Part shown: positions 19,548 to 29,664 of the stretch, one piece after another
How positions within the stretch are numbered: position 1 is the stretch's first letter
Layout of the letters: the number at the start of each line of letters is the position of its first letter
Source of the DNA: Bacteroidales bacterium
Lineage (GTDB): Bacteria > Bacteroidota > Bacteroidia > Bacteroidales > UBA3824
Assembly: GCA_017960885.1 (NCBI GenBank)
Contig: JAGCYI010000230.1
Coordinates: 3,175 to 67,174, forward strand
Length of the DNA: 64,000 bases
Direction of reading: 5' to 3'
The notes under the pieces: generated by a model
The model's database searches: none
What the model was told of the DNA's origin: nothing
What the model saw: the letters and a program-made list of their open reading frames with translations, nothing else
Made by a program: the position numbers and the translations under genes

Positions 19548-20090
19548 ATGTCTACCAGGTTTTATCATAGCTGGTCGCCGTTGGCAAAGGTGGGTTTTAA
19601 TCTCGCAGTTGCGGCAGTGGCGGGTTTCCTTTTCTTTTTCTGTCTGAAAAAAAACTATTATGTGTTTGCCCTTTATGAGGAAGGGGTCTACCTTCTTACC
19701 GAGTTTATTGCTAATTCGGTAAAAAATATTCTTAATCTATTTGGTTATCACTGCTATACATTTGGAAAAATAATAACCGACTCCTATGGTGGCGGACTTA
19801 TTTTAGACCGAGGTTGTGTGGGACGCACAGTTTTGGTTGTGTTTTCTGCGTTTATAATCGCCACTCCTGCAGAGGTTAAGCGCAAGATACTCTATACGCT
19901 TGCCGGTTTTGTGGTGATAATTTTGCTTAATATTCTCCGCTTAATTATGCTCATTCTTGTGGCACAATATCATCCAGATTGGTTCGACTTTACTCACGAA
20001 TACCTTTTCAAATATATCCTTTACGCAGGTGTGTTTGGACTTTGGGTGTTGTGGGTAAGAAAATTCAGGTCTTCATCTTCTTCTTTTTAG
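19548..20090 (+). CDS. Exosortase/archaeosortase-family protein
   Basis: Multi-TM; catalytic Cys (RGCVG), Arg (NILR), His (FTHEY); C-terminal LWVLW. Confidence 0.85.
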   Translation: MSTRFYHSWSPLAKVGFNLAVAAVAGFLFFFCLKKNYYVFALYEEGVYLLTEFIANSVKNILNLFGYHCYTFGKIITDSYGGGLILDRGCVGRTVLVVFSAFIIATPAEVKRKILYTLAGFVVIILLNILRLIMLILVAQYHPDWFDFTHEYLFKYILYAGVFGLWVLWVRKFRSSSSSF

Positions 20091-21321
20091 CAGCAGGGAA
20101 GAGCACGTTGTTGAGTATCAGTCGGTAACCTGGAGAGTTGGGGTGAAGGTCGAGGTCGGTGGGAGGATCACCCACATAGTGCAGATAATCTTCGGGGTCG
20201 TGTCCGCCATACCATGTCCATGTGCCTTTTCCAAATTCGCCGTGTATGTAGCGGGCTTCGTTGGCTGCTTTGTTTTCGCCCATTATCAAGACCGAACTTT
20301 TTAAAACCTCTTTGCGATACGATGTTGTCTGTCCCATGAAACCGTCGATAATGTTTTCGTGGTTTTGACAGAGCATGGTGGGCACAGGGTCCCATTTGGC
20401 GGAGAACTCAAACAGAGTGAAAATGTCGTTGTCTTTTTGCACGCGTCTGGAATTTGTGGCGTCTATGTCGCTGTATTCGTATACGTTGGGGTTGAGTTCG
20501 AGTTTAAAATTCTTGAAGGCGAATGTGGCATCAAAGTCGAGCTTCGACTGACAGTTGGGGTCGATGGGGTCGCCGTCGAACATTGATTGGCAGATGTCGG
20601 TGTTTTCGGCTGCGAGTGCAATATCGAAACTGTCGGTGGCACTGCACATTGCAAACATAAATCCTCCGTTGCCTACAAACTGCTTTATGGTTTTTGCAAC
20701 AGCCAGTTTTAGTTTAGACACTTTGGTGTATCCCATTTTCTGTGCAAGTGCGTTAAATTCAATTACTTGGTTTTTGTACCACGGTACATTTTTGTACGAC
20801 GCGTAAAATTTGCCGAACTGACCAGTGAAATCCTCGTGGTGAACGTGCAGCCAGTCGTATTTTGACAGTTCTCCAGTGAGTATTTCCTCGTCGTATACCA
20901 CTGTGTAGGGTATTTCGGCGTATGTTAGCACCAGCATAACGGCATCGTCCCACGGTTTGTAGGTCTTGGGTGCGTAGACTGCTATTCTTGGAGCTTTTTC
21001 TAATTTGATATGCTCCATGTTAACATCGTTTCGCGAAATCTGCGCTAAAATATTGTCGGCTGCTGCGTCGGGAATCTGTTGGAAACTTACGTTTCTTACT
21101 CGGCAGATGGTGGCTATCTGGTCGGTATAGTCTGTTAGAAAACTTCCGCCGCGGTAGTTTAGAAGCCATTCTGCTGTAAATCCTGCCTCCAAAACCGAGT
21201 ATGTAACGCCGTAGGCTTTTAGATGGTTTGTCTGGCTCTCGTCCATGGGAATCAGAATCTTCATGGCAGCGGAGGGCAGTGCAGAAATTATTACTATCAA
21301 TATGGCGGCAATAATTCTCAT
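20065..21321 (-). CDS. Conserved secreted Bacteroidota protein (often labelled 'asparagine synthetase B')
   Basis: ILIPMD..QTNHLKAYG, WLLNYRGGSF, WLHVHHEDFTGQ, FAMCSATD, GGHDPEDY. Confidence 0.8.
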   Translation of the reverse strand: MRIIAAILIVIISALPSAAMKILIPMDESQTNHLKAYGVTYSVLEAGFTAEWLLNYRGGSFLTDYTDQIATICRVRNVSFQQIPDAAADNILAQISRNDVNMEHIKLEKAPRIAVYAPKTYKPWDDAVMLVLTYAEIPYTVVYDEEILTGELSKYDWLHVHHEDFTGQFGKFYASYKNVPWYKNQVIEFNALAQKMGYTKVSKLKLAVAKTIKQFVGNGGFMFAMCSATDSFDIALAAENTDICQSMFDGDPIDPNCQSKLDFDATFAFKNFKLELNPNVYEYSDIDATNSRRVQKDNDIFTLFEFSAKWDPVPTMLCQNHENIIDGFMGQTTSYRKEVLKSSVLIMGENKAANEARYIHGEFGKGTWTWYGGHDPEDYLHYVGDPPTDLDLHPNSPGYRLILNNVLFPAAKKKKMKT

Positions 21322-21335
21322 AGGGTTACAGGGTA

Positions 21336-22946
21336 TTAAAAAGGAACATCGCCGCTGTCGTTGATTGGCGCAGCGTAGTTGCTGTTTTGTGGTTGCGGGG
21401 CGAATGGGTTGTATTCTAAGTCGGGCACACCGCCCATTTGCGGCATAGAAGGTATTCCTGCCATTGGGTTAGACGATGCCGGGCTGCCGTTCATCTTGCT
21501 TACAAAGGTCTGTGCAAGGTTGCCAGCATCGTCGGCGACCATAAGTCCCTGGTTGTCCCACTCTTCGAATCGTGCAAACTCGGCACGGAAGTGCAGGTTG
21601 ACATCCTCCAATGCGCCGTTGCGGTGCTTGGCAATGATAATCTGACCGAGACCTTCGGTAGAGTTGCCTTGCTCGTCTTGCATGATACCAAATTTCTCAG
21701 GACGGTGGATAAAGCATACAATATCGGCGTCCTGCTCTATCGCACCCGATTCACGAAGGTCGCTCAACTGAGGACGTTTGTCGCCGGCACGCATTTCTAC
21801 CTGACGGCTCAACTGCGAAAGTGCGATAATTGGAATGTTCAACTCTTTGGCTATGGCTTTGATACCGCGCGAAATGGTTGACACCTCTTGCTCACGGTTT
21901 CCGCGAACCTCTGGCGGACCTGTCATAAGCTGCAGGTAGTCAATGATTACCATCTCTATGTTGTGCTGCATTTTTAAGCGACGGCATTTGGCGCGAAGTT
22001 CAAAAAGCGATATGCCGGCTGTGTCGTCGATGTACAAGGGTGCGCCTTCGAGGTTTTTGATTTTGCTGTCCAATTGAGTCCATTCGTAGTCTTCGAGTTT
22101 GCCAGTGCGAATCTTGTCGCTTGGCAGCTCTGTTTCGGATACGATAAGACGGTTAACCAACTGAACAGCCGACATTTCGAGCGAAAATATTGCAACGGGT
22201 ACTTTGTGATAAACTGTCATGTTGCGAGCCATAGAAAGCACAAACGCAGTTTTACCCATTGAAGGACGTGCCGCAACAACAATCATGTCGCTTCGCTGCC
22301 AGCCCTGTGTTATGCGGTCTAACGATGTGAAGCCTGATGGCACGCCGCTGAGACCGTCGGTACGTTTTGATGCCTCTTCTATCTGGTCAATTGCTACTTT
22401 GAGCACTTGATCCATGCTCTGGGTGTCGTTTTTGATATTGCCGTAGGCTAGGTCGAAGATTTTTTTCTCCGAGAAGTTGAGCAGGTCGTCAACGTCGCTT
22501 CCAAGGTCGTAAGCCTTGCTTTCTATTTCTGACGCTACCTTAATTAGCTCTCTTTGAATATATTTTTGTGCAATAATGCGGGCATGAAATTCCAAGTGCG
22601 CCGCGCTACCAACACGCTCAGTGAGCGACGCAATATAATACGCTCCTCCAATTTCATCTAATTCGCCTCTTGCACGAAGCCTCTCGCTTACAGTGTAAAT
22701 GTCGATAGGATAATGCTCGGTAGACAACTGGACAATCACCTCGAAAATTTTTCGGTGCTTGTCGGAATAGAAGCTTTCGGGCTTAAGGATATTCATCACC
22801 TCAATTTCGGAGCCTTTTTCAAGCATAATGGCTCCGAGCACAAGTCCTTCGAGCTCTTCGGCTTCTGGGGGCTTGCGTCCGTATTGAGCGTTGATATCAA
22901 TAATATCCTGCTGCTTCTTTTTTTGAATGTTGTTGTATGCGGGCAT
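21336..22946 (-). CDS. dnaB: Replicative DNA helicase
   Basis: AARPSMGKT, FSLEM, IDYLQLM, LSDLRESGAIEQDAD, IAKHRNG. Confidence 0.98.
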   Translation of the reverse strand: MPAYNNIQKKKQQDIIDINAQYGRKPPEAEELEGLVLGAIMLEKGSEIEVMNILKPESFYSDKHRKIFEVIVQLSTEHYPIDIYTVSERLRARGELDEIGGAYYIASLTERVGSAAHLEFHARIIAQKYIQRELIKVASEIESKAYDLGSDVDDLLNFSEKKIFDLAYGNIKNDTQSMDQVLKVAIDQIEEASKRTDGLSGVPSGFTSLDRITQGWQRSDMIVVAARPSMGKTAFVLSMARNMTVYHKVPVAIFSLEMSAVQLVNRLIVSETELPSDKIRTGKLEDYEWTQLDSKIKNLEGAPLYIDDTAGISLFELRAKCRRLKMQHNIEMVIIDYLQLMTGPPEVRGNREQEVSTISRGIKAIAKELNIPIIALSQLSRQVEMRAGDKRPQLSDLRESGAIEQDADIVCFIHRPEKFGIMQDEQGNSTEGLGQIIIAKHRNGALEDVNLHFRAEFARFEEWDNQGLMVADDAGNLAQTFVSKMNGSPASSNPMAGIPSMPQMGGVPDLEYNPFAPQPQNSNYAAPINDSGDVPF

Positions 22947-22966
22947 TATAAATTATTGGAAAGAGA

Positions 22967-23920
22967 TTATTCTTCAATGAATACGCCCATATTGGCAAAT
23001 TTGTCGAGTCTCTGCTGCAAAAGCTGCTCTACGGGTATTGCACGTAATGTTTTGAGGCTGTCTAAGATAGTCTTTTTAACTGTTTTGAATATTTCTTCGG
23101 GATTAGAGTGAGCACCACCCATCGGTTCTTTGATGATTCCGTCGATGAGGTGATTGCCGTACATGTCTTCGGCAGAAAGTTTTAGCGCGGCAGCTGCGTC
23201 GCGTTTGAAATCCCAGCTGCGCCAAAGAATGCTTGAGCAAGATTCGGGTGCGATAACAGAGTACCATGTGTTTTCGAGCATGAATACGCGGTCGCCAACG
23301 CCGATACCAATAGCGCCGCCGGAAGCGCCTTCGCCTATAACTATGCAGATGATAGGCACTTTGATGCGGAACATTTCGTAAATATTACGGGCGATAGCTT
23401 CAGCCTGTCCGCGTTCTTCAGCCTCTGCGCCAGGATATGCGCCAGGGGTGTCGATAAATGTTACCACAGGTTTGTTAAATTTTTCCGCCATGCGCATCAG
23501 TCTGAGCGCCTTGCGGTAGCCTTCGGGATTTGCCATTCCGAAATTGCGGTATTGGCGCATTTTGGTGTTGACACCCTTCTGCTGACCAATAAACATGATG
23601 CTTTCACCATCAACCATGCCCCAGCCGCCTACCATAGCGGTGTCGTCTTTGATCTGACGGTCGCCGTGCAGTTCGATAAAATCGTCGCAAATGGCGTTGA
23701 TATATGCAAGAGTGTATGGTCTTTCGGGATGACGGGAAACTTGCACGCGCTGCCATGGAGTGAGATTTTCGTAAATATCTCTGCGAGTGGCGGATATCTT
23801 TTTTTTGAGGTCGGCTATTGTGGATTCTATATCCACCGTGCCGGCGGCTTTGATCTCTTCCGCCTTGGCCAATTGTGCTTCTAGTTCCTGTATAGGCTGT
23901 TCAAATTCAAGAAGTTGCAT
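22967..23920 (-). CDS. accA: Acetyl-CoA carboxylase carboxyltransferase alpha subunit
   Basis: [39 protein letters not shown]. Confidence 0.97.
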   Translation of the reverse strand: MQLLEFEQPIQELEAQLAKAEEIKAAGTVDIESTIADLKKKISATRRDIYENLTPWQRVQVSRHPERPYTLAYINAICDDFIELHGDRQIKDDTAMVGGWGMVDGESIMFIGQQKGVNTKMRQYRNFGMANPEGYRKALRLMRMAEKFNKPVVTFIDTPGAYPGAEAEERGQAEAIARNIYEMFRIKVPIICIVIGEGASGGAIGIGVGDRVFMLENTWYSVIAPESCSSILWRSWDFKRDAAAALKLSAEDMYGNHLIDGIIKEPMGGAHSNPEEIFKTVKKTILDSLKTLRAIPVEQLLQQRLDKFANMGVFIEE

Positions 23921-24217
23921 AAGTACTTTATTAAATTTTGATACAAAAAACTCATTTTATTTTGGTATGCAAAGTTAATAATTCTTTCGTGAATAAAAAA
24001 CACGTGAAATCTAAAACTGAATTGTTTCTCTGTTTTTCTAATAATTATTCTGAATAGTTGTACGTATGTTTTTTAGTTTATTACACACAACATATTATTA
24101 TTACGCTTTACACACAGACAATTATAGAAGTATATTTGATATATACCTATTACATTTGTAAAATGCAAAATTACATTATATTTATAATTGTAAACATTGA
24201 TACAATTGTAAAAAATC

Positions 24218-25594
24218 CTATTCTTGTGTGCTTCTGCGCTTTACGAATAGCATCCTAAAGAGCTCCTCTATCTTGGACACCATTACGATGTCGATAGTGT
24301 GGCGGATGTTTTCGATATTCTTTTTGTGGGCGGCTGAAATGAATATTTTCTTGAATCCGATTTTCTCAGCCTCCACTATACGTTGCTCTACACGTGATAC
24401 AGGACGGATCTCTCCAGTGAGTCCTACTTCGCCTGCAAAGCAAACATCGTGAGGTATTGCAATATCAAGGTCGCTGCTGAGCACTGCAGTAATTACCGAC
24501 ATATCCATGGCTGGGTCGTTGATTTTTATGCCGCCTGCTATGTTGAGAAAAACATCTTTTGTGTTGAGACGGAATCCGCAGCGGCGTTCCAAAACAGCCA
24601 AGAGCATATTCAACCGTTTTGTGTCGAATCCTGTGGTGCTACGCTGCGGCACTCCGTAGGCTGCGGTGCTCACAAGACTCTGAACTTCAATAACAAACGG
24701 CCGTAATCCTTCAACTGCGGCAGAAACTGTTACACCCGATGTGTTGCTTTCGTGATGATGAATAAGCAATTCTCCTGGGTTTGAAACCTGCCGCAAACCA
24801 TCGCTAAGCATCTCAAATATACCGACTTCGGAGGTGGTTCCGAAGCGGTTTTTTATGCCTCGCAACACACGGTAAACGTGCGAGCTGTCGCCTTCGAACT
24901 GCAAAACCGTGTCCACCATGTGCTCCAAAATCTTGGGTCCGGCTATGTTGCCGTCTTTGTTGATATGGCCGATGAGGATTACGGGGATGTTGTTTTCTTT
25001 GGCAAAGCGGATAAGAATGTCGGCGCATTCGCGAATCTGTGTCACAGTTCCGGGCGATGATTCGGCGTTGACGGTGCGCAGGGTTTGTATTGAGTCGATA
25101 ACCACAAGCGCAGGTTTGGTCTCGCGTATTGCAGGAATTATGTTTTCAACGGTTACTTCGCAGAGTATAAGGCAGTTGTCGGTAGATTTTTTTATGCGGT
25201 CGGCACGCAGTTTTATCTGCGACGCACTCTCTTCGCCCGAAACGTATAGGGTTTTTTGGGGAATGTTGAGCGCAATCTGTATCGAGAGCGTACTTTTGCC
25301 GATACCCGGCTCGCCGCCGATGAGTATTACCGATCCTGGTACAATGCCACCGCCAAGCACACGGTTAAATTCTGTGTTGTTGGTGTCGATTCGCACTACG
25401 GTATCGGTTTTAATGTCTGAAATCTTTACAGGACGCACTTCTGATGCCTGAAAAACTCCCGACGAGGGTTTAATTGTGTTGGTTACCACCTCTTCAACAA
25501 AGGTGTTCCACTGCTGGCACGATGGACATTTGCCGATCCACTTAGGCGAGGAGGCTCCGCAGTTTTGACATATATATACGCTTTTTTGCTTCAT
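24218..25594 (-). CDS. radA: DNA repair protein RadA/Sms
   Basis: CQNCG..CPSC zinc finger, GEPGIGKST, KNRFG, Lon-like C-terminus. Confidence 0.97.
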   Translation of the reverse strand: MKQKSVYICQNCGASSPKWIGKCPSCQQWNTFVEEVVTNTIKPSSGVFQASEVRPVKISDIKTDTVVRIDTNNTEFNRVLGGGIVPGSVILIGGEPGIGKSTLSIQIALNIPQKTLYVSGEESASQIKLRADRIKKSTDNCLILCEVTVENIIPAIRETKPALVVIDSIQTLRTVNAESSPGTVTQIRECADILIRFAKENNIPVILIGHINKDGNIAGPKILEHMVDTVLQFEGDSSHVYRVLRGIKNRFGTTSEVGIFEMLSDGLRQVSNPGELLIHHHESNTSGVTVSAAVEGLRPFVIEVQSLVSTAAYGVPQRSTTGFDTKRLNMLLAVLERRCGFRLNTKDVFLNIAGGIKINDPAMDMSVITAVLSSDLDIAIPHDVCFAGEVGLTGEIRPVSRVEQRIVEAEKIGFKKIFISAAHKKNIENIRHTIDIVMVSKIEELFRMLFVKRRSTQE

Positions 25595-25612
25595 TTTCAA
25601 TTATTTAAAATA

Positions 25613-28588
25613 TCACAACTTCCATAGGACATCTACATTCCATTTTGACTTTACGTTTTGTTTTCGGGGATAGGCAATTACCCGTTCTGGATAGATATGT
25701 TTCAGATAATCACCAGTATCCCATTTTTTGTTGCTGTTGCGGTCGTGAATGATTTTTAGGGTGTATTCGCCAGGAACAATAAAGTCGAAAACTACCTTGC
25801 CGTCGCAAGTGGCTGTTTTAGAATATACAATCTCGTCTTTATTGTTGCATAGGCAAACAACAAGCATTCCAGAAGAGAGCGCAGTATAGTTGGCGGTTGA
25901 ATCGGTAACCAGAGGAGTGCGTTTGCGGATGCGTACCCTTGCGGTGTCCACATCGTCAAAAGGCGGCAGGTCGTCGTCGATGTCGGGATAATGCTCTATG
26001 TTGCCGGTGTTGAGCAGGTTGATGGTCATACTGCCGTAATAATCTTCGGTTCGTATTGTGCCTTCACTGCTGATGTAGAGGTTAGGAGTGTTTAATATGC
26101 TGGTAAACACTGAGTCGTCAACTACAAGTTCGTATTTTTTAGCAGGTTCCCATTTGTATTTGATAAGCTTGTCGCGCAGGTGGAGAGTGTCGGCAATTAG
26201 TTCGTATTTTACAGGAATACGCAGAGTGGCAGACACTTGGTTTTTGGCGGCTTCTTCTTTCTCTTTTTGTTTTTCTAAACCCACATTGCTTCGGCGGCGT
26301 GATTGGTTGTTTTGATTTGTTTGTGTGTTCGCCTCCTTGGGTTTGAAGGTAACCATTGTGTCGGTTTGTGTAAAATAGTGGTCGAAACGGTCGAGACTCT
26401 GGTATGAGATAGAATAGTTGAGCGTGTCGATATTTGCCGCAAAACTATTCAGTAAAACTGTCATAGTGTCTTGTTTTTCTGATAGTTGGATATTGTACCA
26501 GTTGTTGTTGTAAACTGTGTCAACAAGTTTTAGAAACGGCCTGTCTTTGAGCGGATATTTAAACACGAACTGCAATGTGTCGTTGGCAATGCGTTTTACC
26601 GACTTGATTTTCTGTGTTTTAATTTCGTAGATTGCAAAAATTGTATCTCTGAAAAACCGTTCAGAAATTTTGTTGTTTTTTGATTTTACGTATCTGTCGA
26701 AAGTTGAGAGCTTTATGGCAAGAGTGTCTTTGTTGATGGCGGCTGTGTCGCGCATAATAATTGTTAACTTGTTGTTGTCGGGATAGGTGTCTGCCCAAAC
26801 ATCATAAGTGGTTGATACATTGATGGTAGAGATGTCGGTCTTGCGAACAAGCGGTTTTTCAAACACAATTTTAATGCTGTCGCGGGATGGACGTTCAAAT
26901 TTGAGCCTTTTTTGAGAAATAATGTTAGTAGGCACAGTGTCGCGGAGTTTTTGCACTTCGCCTAAATAATAATCGTTGTAGTGCTTGAGCATGTTTTTAA
27001 ACCTACCTTTCTTAACCATGGCAGTGTCGGTGATGGTAATATTCACAGTGTCGCGATTTTCGCTATAAGTGGCTGTGTACCAGTTTTCGGCAACTGTTGT
27101 GTCGGTTGGGTAGAAAATGATGTCACCCTTAATGCCACGCTTGAAAACGAGTCGGAAATTGGCACTGTCTAATCTGGCTGCTTTAATCAGTTTCTGGTTC
27201 ATATCGTCCTCAAACGTGGTGTCGCGGAGTTGGTAAAGGTGAATTTTGGATGTGTCAATTTTTGTAGTGGGGACGGGAATCTCTAAGGAAGCCAGACCGT
27301 TGAGGTCGAAATCGCCTGTAAAATTGGTCTTGACAATAAAGCTCAGCGAATCGATGTTTGGCTTTTCGGGTGCTTTATTTTGGGCGTTTTTATCCTTGCT
27401 GTTCTGCTTTTTGGGAGCGTAGCGCAGATTGAGGGTGTCGGTTTCGGTGATAGGGTTTTGCAGCGAGTCGATAGTTGGGAATGTAACACGCAGTTGCAGA
27501 GTGTCGTTGCGCACGTCGGCGGTATCCAAAAGCCATACATACAGACTGTCGCGCTGATAGTTGAAATCGTAATACATCTGTGGCGATTTTAATGTGTCGT
27601 CCACATAAGTGATTATTACAGAGTCGTTTCCAATAGACTTGTTGAATCCGAGGAAAAATCTTGGTCTGATTTCTCTTGAACGTTCGGAGATATATTGTAT
27701 TGTCTTTATCTGATTGAATGCCACCAAGTTGATGTTGTTAGGCGTGGTATACAGAATGTTTTGGACAATAACGGTGTCGTTTTGCAGGGTGTCGATAATT
27801 TTGTGTCCGGGTTCGCCCGAATGTAGAACAGTGCCGGCAGAAAGCGAGTCGATTTTTGTAACGGTTTGAGCTTCAGGTATCACAACGGTGTTGATGAAGC
27901 CTATTTTTTCATCTTCGATGTCGAATTTTTGGGTTTCGTTGATGTCGCCGAGCACAAAAATTTTGTATTGTCCGGGAGAAACGTTTTTAACCTTGAAATG
28001 TCCAGACGAATCGGTTCTGGTGATGTAAGTGGGTTTGTATTTGAGGAAACACGAATCCTCGTTGAGCATGTTTTCGGCGTAGATGCCCACGAGCAGGTTA
28101 TCCTCTTTTTTGAGAGTTTCGGCGTCTCTAACTGTGCCGCTTATGGCAAAACTGTCGCACACGGCACCTGTGGAGAATACAAAGTCGAAATCAGGTTCGT
28201 GGTTGCCTTCGTGGAAGTCTTGTATGCAGTCGAAAAACTGTAATGTGTATGTGGTGTCGTTGCGAAGAGGCTCTTTGAATTTAGTGATTATCTTTTTGCC
28301 GCGGATTTTTATTTTTGGAGCTTTTTCGTAATGGGGCGGCGACATGAGAAATTTCTGGTCGATTTTTTCGAGGGTGAAATACTCATCGAATTTCAATTTA
28401 GCCTTTTTTTTGTGAAAGTTTCCAGAGTAGATTTTTGGTTTCGACTTTTTGAGAATCGGTGCGTCAGTGTCGTCGTCGCCACCTCCGATGGTGCCTACTT
28501 GGGCGCACGAGAACAGCAACGCCGAAAACATAGCCGTTAAAATGGCTGTTTTGAGCGTAAATATTAATTTGTTTTTTATAATAATCAT
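25613..28588 (-). CDS. Ig-like (Big_5-type) domain lipoprotein with internal repeat expansion
   Basis: LFSCAQ..GG..D..P lipoprotein start, FDEY, FSTG, C-terminal D.N.N.KWDTGDY..PE motif. Confidence 0.8.
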   Translation of the reverse strand: MIIIKNKLIFTLKTAILTAMFSALLFSCAQVGTIGGGDDDTDAPILKKSKPKIYSGNFHKKKAKLKFDEYFTLEKIDQKFLMSPPHYEKAPKIKIRGKKIITKFKEPLRNDTTYTLQFFDCIQDFHEGNHEPDFDFVFSTGAVCDSFAISGTVRDAETLKKEDNLLVGIYAENMLNEDSCFLKYKPTYITRTDSSGHFKVKNVSPGQYKIFVLGDINETQKFDIEDEKIGFINTVVIPEAQTVTKIDSLSAGTVLHSGEPGHKIIDTLQNDTVIVQNILYTTPNNINLVAFNQIKTIQYISERSREIRPRFFLGFNKSIGNDSVIITYVDDTLKSPQMYYDFNYQRDSLYVWLLDTADVRNDTLQLRVTFPTIDSLQNPITETDTLNLRYAPKKQNSKDKNAQNKAPEKPNIDSLSFIVKTNFTGDFDLNGLASLEIPVPTTKIDTSKIHLYQLRDTTFEDDMNQKLIKAARLDSANFRLVFKRGIKGDIIFYPTDTTVAENWYTATYSENRDTVNITITDTAMVKKGRFKNMLKHYNDYYLGEVQKLRDTVPTNIISQKRLKFERPSRDSIKIVFEKPLVRKTDISTINVSTTYDVWADTYPDNNKLTIIMRDTAAINKDTLAIKLSTFDRYVKSKNNKISERFFRDTIFAIYEIKTQKIKSVKRIANDTLQFVFKYPLKDRPFLKLVDTVYNNNWYNIQLSEKQDTMTVLLNSFAANIDTLNYSISYQSLDRFDHYFTQTDTMVTFKPKEANTQTNQNNQSRRRSNVGLEKQKEKEEAAKNQVSATLRIPVKYELIADTLHLRDKLIKYKWEPAKKYELVVDDSVFTSILNTPNLYISSEGTIRTEDYYGSMTINLLNTGNIEHYPDIDDDLPPFDDVDTARVRIRKRTPLVTDSTANYTALSSGMLVVCLCNNKDEIVYSKTATCDGKVVFDFIVPGEYTLKIIHDRNSNKKWDTGDYLKHIYPERVIAYPRKQNVKSKWNVDVLWKL

Positions 28589-28695
28589 TTTAATTGAGCA
28601 ATTTTTGATATTTTTGGCAAAGAAAACAAAAAAACATCATTTTTCGGCTAATAAAATGCCGCAATAGTAAGGATTTCACAATTTGTTAAAAACTG

Positions 28696-29658
28696 ATGAA
28701 CACAAATAGCCTTTATACACCGCTCTGCGAAATGTTCAGGACAATTTCGCAAAAAGAGCCTAAAAAAATTGTCGTACTGCCTAAACTGCTAAAAGGCGGA
28801 CTCCGTTTTGTCAAGTTTGTAAAAACCAAGGGGGAAATGTCGGCGGCTCAAGCTATTCATCGTATTGCGCCAAACCTTGTATATCCCGAAAAGGCGTATA
28901 TTGCAGCCAAGGGCAGGCTCTCGGCGTTGTTTTCGTTTGGAAGCATGGCGACTAAAGAGCAAGGGGAGGTGCTGCGCGACGATGTTTCCCTTGCCGACGG
29001 TTTTGTGCTGAAATCGGCTCAAGCTTATCGTATAAACTATTCGCGACTAATGACTGCTTGCGCACGTACTTTGGCTCAAGGCAGTTGTGAGGTCTTGGAT
29101 TCGGCTCAAGCTGCGCCAGAGGTTAATTCGCTGCCTGTTGTGATGATGGAAGGTGTTTTGCGGAGTTCGCCTGTGAAAAAATCTTTGATGATTCCTTTCA
29201 ACGATGCCGAAATATGGCTTATTAACCGTGGAAACTCGTTTTTTATAATCGGTGTCAACATTTGCGACACTAATTTGATTGTGGAAACTGTTAACCAGGT
29301 GTTGCCACACGCTGGTATCTATCTTAAAAACTTTTCTAACTCTATATTGTTTAATATCAATAATTTAGATGTGTCTTTTGAAGCATGGCTTAAAGATGTG
29401 GACACGTCGTCGGTTTGCTTAGACGGATGCGCATTTCCGTTTTCGCCGTCTGCGCCCGACGTGATAGGCTATGCCGATATGAAGTTCGATGAGGTGAAAC
29501 GCATGGGTGTGGATGTCACCACTTTTAAAAATGCGGTTTTTGACTTTGGTACACATATCGACGAGATAATTGAGGACACCTACAACCTTTTCCCGGAGTA
29601 TCACAATGGGGCAAAGGCGTTTGAGGCTGCTGTAGAACGTTGGAAAAATGCCGAGTAG
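28696..29658 (+). CDS. Degenerate glycerol-3-phosphate dehydrogenase (GlpD)-like protein
   Basis: KLLKGGLRF..RIAPNLVYP..INYSRLMTACART resemble GlpD motifs; no GxGxxG. Confidence 0.5.
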   Translation: MNTNSLYTPLCEMFRTISQKEPKKIVVLPKLLKGGLRFVKFVKTKGEMSAAQAIHRIAPNLVYPEKAYIAAKGRLSALFSFGSMATKEQGEVLRDDVSLADGFVLKSAQAYRINYSRLMTACARTLAQGSCEVLDSAQAAPEVNSLPVVMMEGVLRSSPVKKSLMIPFNDAEIWLINRGNSFFIIGVNICDTNLIVETVNQVLPHAGIYLKNFSNSILFNINNLDVSFEAWLKDVDTSSVCLDGCAFPFSPSAPDVIGYADMKFDEVKRMGVDVTTFKNAVFDFGTHIDEIIEDTYNLFPEYHNGAKAFEAAVERWKNAE

Positions 29659-29664
29659 CGCGTG

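Noticed and set aside
24058-24258. 66-aa Ile/Tyr-rich ORF; also considered oriC near dnaB
   Set aside because: Composition reflects AT-rich non-coding DNA; no clustered TTATCCACA DnaA boxes were seen
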